A stretch of 64,000 bases of DNA from Auanema rhodensis (taxonomy: Eukaryota; Animalia; Nematoda): assembly GCA_964057225.1 (NCBI GenBank), contig OZ059895.1:2356001-2420000 (forward strand), read 5' to 3'. Shown here piece by piece: positions 1-10,700 of this stretch. The notes beneath the pieces are model-generated. The model worked only from the letters and a program-made list of their open reading frames with translations, was not told the origin of the DNA and made no database searches. Position 1 is the stretch's first letter, and every line of letters starts with the position of its first letter. A program made the translations under genes and the position numbers.

Positions 1-90
1 CATGGAAACTCAACATACACTAATGCATCATTTTTCAAACAATCATAACTAATTTGTGTATCAAGCGTTTTTCAATGTAGTATAGTGCAT

Positions 91-157
91 TCGATGCGGA
101 TTTTTAAGCTGCGTCGATCTGTGTTATCAGATTTGCGCTAGCTTAAAAATGCACCGA
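91..157. repeat. Long imperfect inverted repeat (potential hairpin/cruciform), present in every monomer
   Basis: ATTTTTAAGCT (100-110) is the exact reverse complement of AGCTTAAAAAT (140-150). Inside it, GCG 111-113 pairs with CGC 136-138 and ATCTG 117-121 pairs with CAGAT 128-132, leaving the loop TGTTAT. Outside it, TCGATGC 91-97 pairs with GCACCGA 151-157 (6/7). Confidence 0.9.
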
Positions 158-167
158 GATATCAACT

Positions 168-189
168 GATATAAGTTCACACTTATATC
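168..189. repeat. Perfect 9-bp inverted repeat with 4-nt loop, in most monomers
   Basis: GATATAAGT (168-176), loop TCAC, then ACTTATATC (181-189). Confidence 0.92.
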
Positions 190-339
190 CTCGATTTTCA
201 CCCTGAAGAATTAATTTTTTCGTTGAATAACATTGTCTATCGTCTTTGCCTTGAAAAATGGAATCTAAAAACATCTACTTTTTGCTAAATTATTTTGAAA
301 TTTTTGGAAAAAATTTTTGTCAAAATGTTTTTGGAAGCA

Positions 340-367
340 ATGTTGAGTGTACATGGAAACTCAACAT
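340..367. repeat. Perfect 9-bp inverted repeat with 10-nt spacer, in nearly every monomer
   Basis: ATGTTGAGT (340-348), spacer GTACATGGAA, then ACTCAACAT (359-367). Confidence 0.9.
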
Positions 368-642
368 ACACTAATGCATCATTTTTCAAACGATCATAAC
401 TAATTTTTGTATTGAGCGTTTCTCAATGTAGTATAGTGCATTCGATGCGAATTTTTAAGCTGCGTCGATCTGTGTTATCCGATTTGCGCTAGCTTAAAAA
501 TGCACCGAGATATCAACTGATATAAGTTCACACTTATATCCTCGATTTTCACCCTGAAGAATTAATTTTTTCGTTGAATAGCATTGTCCATCGTCTTTGC
601 CTTGAAAAAAGGAATCTAAAAACATCTACTTTTTGCTAAATT

Positions 643-677
643 ATTTTGAAATTTTTCGAAAAAATTTTTGTCAAAAT
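643..677. repeat. A/T-tract quasi-palindrome centred on TTTTTCGAAAAA (p292-326, shown in unit 2)
   Basis: The 12-bp palindrome TTTTTCGAAAAA (p301-312) is flanked by ATTTTGA (p292-298) and TCAAAAT (p320-326). The centre is broken in units carrying the C306G allele. Confidence 0.85.
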
Positions 678-3600
678 GTTTTTGGAAGCAATGTTGAGTG
701 TACATGGAAACTCAACATACACTAATGCATCATTTTTCAAACGATCATAACTAATTTTTGTATCAAGCGTTTCTCGATGTAGTATAGTGCATTCGATGCG
801 GATTTGTAAGCTGCGTCGATCTGTGTTATCAGATTTGCGCTAGCTTAAAAATGCACCGAGATATCAACTGATATAAGTTCACACTTATATCCTCGATTTT
901 CACCCTGAAGAATTAATTTTTTCGTTGAATAACATTGTCCATCGTCTTTGCCTGGAAAAATGGAATCTAAAAACATCTACTTTTTGCTAAATTATTTTGA
1001 AATTTTTCGAAAAAATTTTTGTCAAAATGTTTTTGGAAGCAATGTTGAGTGTACATGGAAACTCAACATACACTAATGCATCATTTTTCAAACGATCATA
1101 ACTAATTTTTTTATCAAGCGTTTCTCAATGTAGTATAGTGCATTCGATGCGGATTTTTAAGCTGCGTCGATCTGTGTTATCAGATTTGCGCTAGCTTAAA
1201 AATGCACCGAGATATCAACTGATATAAGTTCACACTTATATCCTCGATTTTCACCCTGAAGAATTAATTTTTTCGTTGAATAACATTGTCCATCGTCTTT
1301 GCCTGGAAAAATGGAATCTAAAAACATCTACTTTTTGCTAAATTATTTTGAAATTTTTCGAAAAAATTTTTGTCAAAATGTTTTTGGAAGCAATGTTGAG
1401 TGTACATGGAAACTCAACATACACTAATGCATCATTTTTCAAACAATCATAACTAATTTGTGTATTAAGCGTTTTTCAATGTAGTATAGTGCATTCGATG
1501 CGGATTTTTAAGCTGCGTCGATCTGTGTTATCAGATTTGCGCTAGCTTAAAAATGCACCGAGATATCAACTGATATAAGTTCACACTTATATCCTCGATT
1601 TTCACCCTGAAGAATTAATTTTTTCGTTGAATAACATTGTCCATCGTCTTTGCCTGGAAAAATGGAATCTAAAAACATCTACTTTTTGCTAAATTATTTT
1701 GAAATTTTTCGAAAAAATTTTTGTCAAAATGTTTTTGGAAGCAATGTTGAGTGTACATGGAAACTCAACATACACTAATGCATCATTTTTCAAACAATCA
1801 TAACTAATTTGTGTATTAAGCGTTTTTCAATGTAGTATAGTGCATTCGATGCGGATTTTTAAGCTGCGTCGATCTGTGTTATCAGATTTGCGCTAGCTTA
1901 AAAATGCACCGAGATATCAACTGATATAAGTTCACACTTATATCCTCGATTTTCACCCTGAAGAATTAATTTTTTCGTTGAATAACATTGTCTATCGTCT
2001 TTGCCTTGAAAAATGGAATCTAAAAACATCTACTTTTTGCTAAATTATTTTGAAATTTTTGGAAAAAATTTTTGTCAAAATGTTTTTGGAAGCAATGTTG
2101 AGTGTACATGGAAACTCAACATACACTAATGCATCATTTTTCAAACGATCATAACTAATTTTTGTATTAAGCGTTTCTCAATGTAGTATAGTGCATTCGA
2201 TGCGAATTTTTAAGCTGCGTCGATCTGTGTTATCAGATTTGCGCTAGCTTAAAAATGCACCGAGATATCAACTGATATAAGTTCACACTTATATCCTCGA
2301 TTTTCACCCTGAAGAATTAATTTTTTCGTTGAATAGCATTGTCCATCGTCTTTGCCTTGAAAAAAGGAATCTAAAAACATCTACTTTTTGCTAAATTATT
2401 TTGAAATTTTTCGAAAAAATTTTTGTCAAAATGTTTTTGGAAGCAATGTTGAGTGTACATGGAAACTCAACATACACTAATGCATCATTTTTCAAACGAT
2501 CATAACTAATTTTTGTATCAAGCGTTTCTCAATGTAGTATAGTGCATTCGATGCGGATTTTTAAGCTGCGTCGATCTGTGTTATCAGATTTGCGCTAGCT
2601 TAAAAATGCACCGAGATATCAACTGATATAAGTTCACACTTATATCCTCGATTTTCACCCTGAAGAATTAATTTTTTCGTTGAATAACATTGTCCATCGT
2701 CTTTGCCTGGAAAAATGGAATCTAAAAACATCTACTTTTTGCTAAATTATTTTGAAATTTTTCGAAAAAATTTTTGTCAAAATGTTTTTGGAAGCAATGT
2801 TGAGTGTACATGGAAACTCAACATACACTAATGCATCATTTTTCAAACAATCATAACTAATTTGTGTATTAAGCGTTTTTCAATGTAGTATAGTGCATTC
2901 GATGCGGATTTTTAAGCTGCGTCGATCTGTGTTATCAGATTTGCGCTAGCTTAAAAATGCACCGAGATATCAACTGATATAAGTTCACACTTATATCCTC
3001 GATTTTCACCCTGAAGAATTAATTTTTTCGTTGAATAACATTGTCCATCGTCTTTGCCTGGAAAAATGGAATCTAAAAACATCTACTTTTTGCTAAATTA
3101 TTTTGAAATTTTTCGAAAAAATTTTTGTCAAAATGTTTTTGGAAGCAATGTTGAGTGTACATGGAAACTCAACATACACTAATGCATCATTTTTCAAACA
3201 ATCATAACTAATTTGTGTATTAAGCGTTTTTCAATGTAGTATAGTGCATTCGATGCGGATTTTTAAGCTGCGTCGATCTGTGTTATCAGATTTGCGCTAG
3301 CTTAAAAATGCACCGAGATATCAACTGATATAAGTTCACACTTATATCCTCGATTTTCACCCTGAAGAATTAATTTTTTCGTTGAATAACATTGTCCATC
3401 GTCTTTGCCTGGAAAAATGGAATCTAAAAACATCTACTTTTTGCTAAATTATTTTGAAATTTTTCGAAAAAATTTTTGTCAAAATGTTTTTGGAAGCAAT
3501 GTTGAGTGTACATGGAAACTCAACATACACTAATGCATCATTTTTCAAACAATCATAACTAATTTGTGTATTAAGCGTTTTTCAATGTAGTATAGTGCAT

Positions 3601-4914
3601 TCGATGCGGATTTTTAAGCTGCGTCGATCTGTGTTATCAGATTTGCGCTAGCTTAAAAATGCACCGAGATATCAACTGATATAAGTTCACACTTATATCC
3701 TCGATTTTCACCCTGAAGAATTAATTTTTTCGTTGAATAACATTGTCCATCGTCTTTGCCTGGAAAAATGGAATCTAAAAACATCTACTTTTTGCTAAAT
3801 TATTTTGAAATTTTTCGAAAAAATTTTTGTCAAAATGTTTTTGGAAGCAATGTTGAGTGTACATGGAAACTCAACATACACTAATGCATCATTTTTCAAA
3901 CAATCATAACTAATTTGTGTATTAAGCGTTTTTCAATGTAGTATAGTGCATTCGATGCGGATTTTTAAGCTGCGTCGATCTGTGTTATCAGATTTGCGCT
4001 AGCTTAAAAATGCACCGAGATATCAACTGATATAAGTTCACACTTATATCCTCGATTTTCACCCTGAAGAATTAATTTTTTCGTTGAATAACATTGTCCA
4101 TCGTCTTTGCCTGGAAAAATGGAATCTAAAAACATCTACTTTTTGCTAAATTATTTTGAAATTTTTCGAAAAAATTTTTGTCAAAATGTTTTTGGAAGCA
4201 ATGTTGAGTGTACATGGAAACTCAACATACACTAATGCATCATTTTTCAAACAATCATAACTAATTTGTGTATTAAGCGTTTTTCAATGTAGTATAGTGC
4301 ATTCGATGCGGATTTTTAAGCTGCGTCGATCTGTGTTATCAGATTTGCGCTAGCTTAAAAATGCACCGAGATATCAACTGATATAAGTTCACACTTATAT
4401 CCTCGATTTTCACCCTGAAGAATTAATTTTTTCGTTGAATAACATTGTCTATCGTCTTTGCCTTGAAAAATGGAATCTAAAAACATCTACTTTTTGCTAA
4501 ATTATTTTGAAATTTTTGGAAAAAATTTTTGTCAAAATGTTTTTGGAAGCAATGTTGAGTGTACATGGAAACTCAACATACACTAATGCATCATTTTTCA
4601 AACGATCATAACTAATTTGTGTATTAAGCGTTTTTCAATGTAGTATAGTGCATTCGATGCGGATTTTTAAGCTGCGTCGATCTGTGTTATCAGATTTGCG
4701 CTAGCTTAAAAATGCACCGAGATATCAACTGATATAAGTTCACACTTATATCCTCGATTTTCACCCTGAAGAATTAATTTTTTCGTTGAATAACATTGTC
4801 CATCGTCTTTGCCTGGAAAAATGGAATCTAAAAACATCTACTTTTTGCTAAATTATTTTGAAATTTTTCGAAAAAATTTTTGTCAAAATGTTTTTGGAAG
4901 CAATGTTGAGTGTA

Positions 4915-7722
4915 CATGGAAACTCAACATACACTAATGCATCATTTTTCAAACAATCATAACTAATTTGTGTATTAAGCGTTTTTCAATGTAGTATAGT
5001 GCATTCGATGCGGATTTTTAAGCTGCGTCGATCTGTGTTATCAGATTTGCGCTAGCTTAAAAATGCACCGAGATATCAACTGATATAAGTTCACACTTAT
5101 ATCCTCGATTTTCACCCTGAAGAATTAATTTTTTCGTTGAATAACATTGTCTATCGTCTTTGCCTTGAAAAATGGAATCTAAAAACATCTACTTTTTGCT
5201 AAATTATTTTGAAATTTTTGGAAAAAATTTTTGTCAAAATGTTTTTGGAAGCAATGTTGAGTGTACATGGAAACTCAACATACACTAATGCATCATTTTT
5301 CAAACGATCATAACTAATTTTTGTATTAAGCGTTTCTCAATGTAGTATAGTGCATTCGATGCGAATTTTTAAGCTGCGTCGATCTGTGTTATCAGATTTG
5401 CGCTAGCTTAAAAATGCACCGAGATATCAACTGATATAAGTTCACACTTATATCCTCGATTTTCACCCTGAAGAATTAATTTTTTCGTTGAATAGCATTG
5501 TCCATCGTCTTTGCCTTGAAAAAAGGAATCTAAAAACATCTACTTTTTGCTAAATTATTTTGAAATTTTTCGAAAAAATTTTTGTCAAAATGTTTTTGGA
5601 AGCAATGTTGAGTGTACATGGAAACTCAACATACACTAATGCATCATTTTTCAAACGATCATAACTAATTTTTGTATCAAGCGTTTCTCGATGTAGTATA
5701 GTGCATTCGATGCGGATTTTTAAGCTGCGTCGATCTGTGTTATCAGATTTGCGCTAGCTTAAAAATGCACCGAGATATCAACTGATATAAGTTCACACTT
5801 ATATCCTCGATTTTCACCCTGAAGAATTAATTTTTTCGTTGAATAACATTGTCCATCGTCTTTGCCTGGAAAAATGGAATCTAAAAACATCTACTTTTTG
5901 CTAAATTATTTTGAAATTTTTCGAAAAAATTTTTGTCAAAATGTTTTTGGAAGCAATGTTGAGTGTACATGGAAACTCAACATACACTAATGCATCATTT
6001 TTCAAACGATCATAACTAATTTTTTTATCAAGCGTTTCTCAATGTAGTATAGTGCATTCGATGCGGATTTTTAAGCTGCGTCGATCTGTGTTATCAGATT
6101 TGCGCTAGCTTAAAAATGCACCGAGATATCAACTGATATAAGTTCACACTTATATCCTCGATTTTCACCCTGAAGAATTAATTTTTTCGTTGAATAACAT
6201 TGTCCATCGTCTTTGCCTGGAAAAATGGAATCTAAAAACATCTACTTTTTGCTAAATTATTTTGAAATTTTTCGAAAAAATTTTTGTCAAAATGTTTTTG
6301 GAAGCAATGTTGAGTGTACATGGAAACTCAACATACACTAATGCATCATTTTTCAAACAATCATAACTAATTTGTGTATTAAGCGTTTTTCAATGTAGTA
6401 TAGTGCATTCGATGCGGATTTTTAAGCTGCGTCGATCTGTGTTATCAGATTTGCGCTAGCTTAAAAATGCACCGAGATATCAACTGATATAAGTTCACAC
6501 TTATATCCTCGATTTTCACCCTGAAGAATTAATTTTTTCGTTGAATAACATTGTCTATCGTCTTTGCCTTGAAAAATGGAATCTAAAAACATCTACTTTT
6601 TGCTAAATTATTTTGAAATTTTTGGAAAAAATTTTTGTCAAAATGTTTTTGGAAGCAATGTTGAGTGTACATGGAAACTCAACATACACTAATGCATCAT
6701 TTTTCAAACGATCATAACTAATTTTTGTATTAAGCGTTTCTCAATGTAGTATAGTGCATTCGATGCGAATTTTTAAGCTGCGTCGATCTGTGTTATCAGA
6801 TTTGCGCTAGCTTAAAAATGCACCGAGATATCAACTGATATAAGTTCACACTTATATCCTCGATTTTCACCCTGAAGAATTAATTTTTTCGTTGAATAGC
6901 ATTGTCCATCGTCTTTGCCTTGAAAAAAGGAATCTAAAAACATCTACTTTTTGCTAAATTATTTTGAAATTTTTCGAAAAAATTTTTGTCAAAATGTTTT
7001 TGGAAGCAATGTTGAGTGTACATGGAAACTCAACATACACTAATGCATCATTTTTCAAACGATCATAACTAATTTTTGTATCAAGCGTTTCTCGATGTAG
7101 TATAGTGCATTCGATGCGGATTTTTAAGCTGCGTCGATCTGTGTTATCAGATTTGCGCTAGCTTAAAAATGCACCGAGATATCAACTGATATAAGTTCAC
7201 ACTTATATCCTCGATTTTCACCCTGAAGAATTAATTTTTTCGTTGAATAACATTGTCCATCGTCTTTGCCTGGAAAAATGGAATCTAAAAACATCTACTT
7301 TTTGCTAAATTATTTTGAAATTTTTCGAAAAAATTTTTGTCAAAATGTTTTTGGAAGCAATGTTGAGTGTACATGGAAACTCAACATACACTAATGCATC
7401 ATTTTTCAAACGATCATAACTAATTTTTTTATCAAGCGTTTCTCAATGTAGTATAGTGCATTCGATGCGGATTTTTAAGCTGCGTCGATCTGTGTTATCA
7501 GATTTGCGCTAGCTTAAAAATGCACCGAGATATCAACTGATATAAGTTCACACTTATATCCTCGATTTTCACCCTGAAGAATTAATTTTTTCGTTGAATA
7601 ACATTGTCCATCGTCTTTGCCTGGAAAAATGGAATCTAAAAACATCTACTTTTTGCTAAATTATTTTGAAATTTTTCGAAAAAATTTTTGTCAAAATGTT
7701 TTTGGAAGCAATGTTGAGTGTA
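4915..7722 (+). repeat. Tetrameric higher-order repeat (A-B-C-D, 1404 bp), two consecutive copies
   Basis: A = A41/G56/T71/T238/G306. B = A99/G230/A259. C = G74/G252. D = T58/G252. Units start at 4915, 5266, 5617, 5968 and again at 6319, 6670, 7021, 7372. The same order appears at 1-1404, 8776-10179, 19306-20709 and 23869-26675. Confidence 0.85.
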
Positions 7723-10700
7723 CATGGAAACTCAACATACACTAATGCATCATTTTTCAAACGATCATAACTAATTTTTGTATCAAGCGTTTCTCAATGT
7801 AGTATAGTGCATTCGATGCGGATTTTTAAGCTGCGTCGATCTGTGTTATCAGATTTGCGCTAGCTTAAAAATGCACCGAGATATCAACTGATATAAGTTC
7901 ACACTTATATCCTCGATTTTCACCCTGAAGAATTAATTTTTTCGTTGAATAACATTGTCCATCGTCTTTGCCTGGAAAAATGGAATCTAAAAACATCTAC
8001 TTTTTGCTAAATTATTTTGAAACTTTTCGAAAAAATTTTTGTCAAAATGTTTTTGGAAGCAATGTTGAGTGTACATGGAAACTCAACATACACTAATGCA
8101 TCATTTTTCAAACAATCATAACTAATTTGTGTATTAAGCGTTTTTCAATGTAGTATAGTGCATTCGATGCGGATTTTTAAGCTGCGTCGATCTGTGTTAT
8201 CAGATTTGCGCTAGCTTAAAAATGCACCGAGATATCAACTGATATAAGTTCACACTTATATCCTCGATTTTCACCCTGAAGAATTAATTTTTTCGTTGAA
8301 TAACATTGTCTATCGTCTTTGCCTTGAAAAATGGAATCTAAAAACATCTACTTTTTGCTAAATTATTTTGAAATTTTTCGAAAAAATTTTTGTCAAAATG
8401 TTTTTGGAAGCAATGTTGAGTGTACATGGAAACTCAACATACACTAATGCATCATTTTTCAAACGATCATAACTAATTTTTTTATCAAGCGTTTCTCAAT
8501 GTAGTATAGTGCATTCGATGCGGATTTTTAAGCTGCGTCGATCTGTGTTATCAGATTTGCGCTAGCTTAAAAATGCACCGAGATATCAACTGATATAAGT
8601 TCACACTTATATCCTCGATTTTCACCCTGAAGAATTAATTTTTTCGTTGAATAACATTGTCCATCGTCTTTGCCTGGAAAAATGGAATCTAAAAACATCT
8701 ACTTTTTGCTAAATTATTTTGAAATTTTTCGAAAAAATTTTTGTCAAAATGTTTTTGGAAGCAATGTTGAGTGTACATGGAAACTCAACATACACTAATG
8801 CATCATTTTTCAAACAATCATAACTAATTTGTGTATTAAGCGTTTTTCAATGTAGTATAGTGCATTCGATGCGGATTTTTAAGCTGCGTCGATCTGTGTT
8901 ATCAGATTTGCGCTAGCTTAAAAATGCACCGAGATATCAACTGATATAAGTTCACACTTATATCCTCGATTTTCACCCTGAAGAATTAATTTTTTCGTTG
9001 AATAACATTGTCTATCGTCTTTGCCTTGAAAAATGGAATCTAAAAACATCTACTTTTTGCTAAATTATTTTGAAATTTTTGGAAAAAATTTTTGTCAAAA
9101 TGTTTTTGGAAGCAATGTTGAGTGTACATGGAAACTCAACATACACTAATGCATCATTTTTCAAACGATCATAACTAATTTTTGTATTAAGCGTTTCTCA
9201 ATGTAGTATAGTGCATTCGATGCGAATTTTTAAGCTGCGTCGATCTGTGTTATCAGATTTGCGCTAGCTTAAAAATGCACCGAGATATCAACTGATATAA
9301 GTTCACACTTATATCCTCGATTTTCACCCTGAAGAATTAATTTTTTCGTTGAATAGCATTGTCCATCGTCTTTGCCTTGAAAAAAGGAATCTAAAAACAT
9401 CTACTTTTTGCTAAATTATTTTGAAATTTTTCGAAAAAATTTTTGTCAAAATGTTTTTGGAAGCAATGTTGAGTGTACATGGAAACTCAACATACACTAA
9501 TGCATCATTTTTCAAACGATCATAACTAATTTTTGTATCAAGCGTTTCTCGATGTAGTATAGTGCATTCGATGCGGATTTTTAAGCTGCGTCGATCTGTG
9601 TTATCAGATTTGCGCTAGCTTAAAAATGCACCGAGATATCAACTGATATAAGTTCACACTTATATCCTCGATTTTCACCCTGAAGAATTAATTTTTTCGT
9701 TGAATAACATTGTCCATCGTCTTTGCCTGGAAAAATGGAATCTAAAAACATCTACTTTTTGCTAAATTATTTTGAAATTTTTCGAAAAAATTTTTGTCAA
9801 AATGTTTTTGGAAGCAATGTTGAGTGTACATGGAAACTCAACATACACTAATGCATCATTTTTCAAACGATCATAACTAATTTTTTTATCAAGCGTTTCT
9901 CAATGTAGTATAGTGCATTCGATGCGGATTTTTACGCTGCGTCGATCTGTGTTATCAGATTTGCGCTAGCTTAAAAATGCACCGAGATATCAACTGATAT
10001 AAGTTCACACTTATATCCTCGATTTTCACCCTGAAGAATTAATTTTTTCGTTGAATAACATTGTCCATCGTCTTTGCCTGGAAAAATGGAATCTAAAAAC
10101 ATCTACTTTTTGCTAAATTATTTTGAAATTTTTCGAAAAAATTTTTGTCAAAATGTTTTTGGAAGCAATGTTGAGTGTACATGGAAACTCACCATACACT
10201 AATGCATCATTTTTCAAACAATCATAACTAATTTGTGTATTTAGCGTTTTTCAATGTAGTATAGTGCATTCGATGCGGATTTTTAAGCTGCGTCGATCTG
10301 TGTTATCAGATTTGCGCTAGCTTAAAAATGCACCGAGATATCAACTGATATAAGTTCACACTTATATCCTCGATTTTCACCCTGAAGAATTAATTTTTTC
10401 GTTGAATAACATTGTCTATCGTCTTTGCCTTGAAAAATGGAATCTAAAAACATCTACTTTTTGCTAAATTATTTTGAAATTTTTGGAAAAAATTTTTGTC
10501 AAAATGTTTTTGGAAGCAATGTTGAGTGTACATGGAAACTCAACATACACTAATGCATCATTTTTCAAACGATCATAACTAATTTTTTTATCAAGCGTTT
10601 CTCAATGTAGTATAGTGCATTCGATGCGGATTTTTAAGCTGCGTCGATCTGTGTTATCAGATTTGCGCTAGCTTAAAAATGCACCGAGATATCAACTGAT

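Larger units (their letters stand above)
1..351 (+). repeat. Reference monomer (first full unit, arbitrary phase)
   Basis: Runs from CATGGAAACT to GTTGAGTGTA. It is AT-rich with many A/T tracts. The main polymorphic sites across the array are p41, 56, 58, 62, 71, 74, 99, 169, 213, 230, 238, 252, 259 and 306. Confidence 0.98.

Noticed and set aside
117-141. Short hairpin followed by CTAG, reminiscent of a Helitron 3' end
   Set aside because: The hairpin is weak and not GC-rich, CTAG is followed by C rather than T, and the segment is better explained as part of the larger p91-157 dyad.
91-189. Hairpins as bacterial rho-independent terminators or operators
   Set aside because: There are no genes or prokaryotic context, and the stems are AT-rich without a properly placed U-tract.
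218-234. TTTCGTTGAATAACATT resembles the 5' half of a CENP-B box
   Set aside because: It lacks the essential CGGG of the NTTCGNNNNANNCGGGN consensus.
203-260. CTGAAGA (p203-209) matches the hammerhead ribozyme CUGANGA box, and some ~300-500 bp satellites encode hammerheads
   Set aside because: I could not build a stem II between this box and any downstream GAAA (p253, p297, p307), nor stems I/III with an NUH site. The minus strand has only CUGAUAA. An Infernal/RNAmotif search on a dimer would be decisive.
1-351. Monomer as a dimer of ~175-bp or trimer of 117-bp subunits
   Set aside because: No convincing similarity at those offsets by eye. There is only a weak resemblance between p51-78 and p312-343 (AATTTTTGT...CAATGT), which AT-richness could explain.
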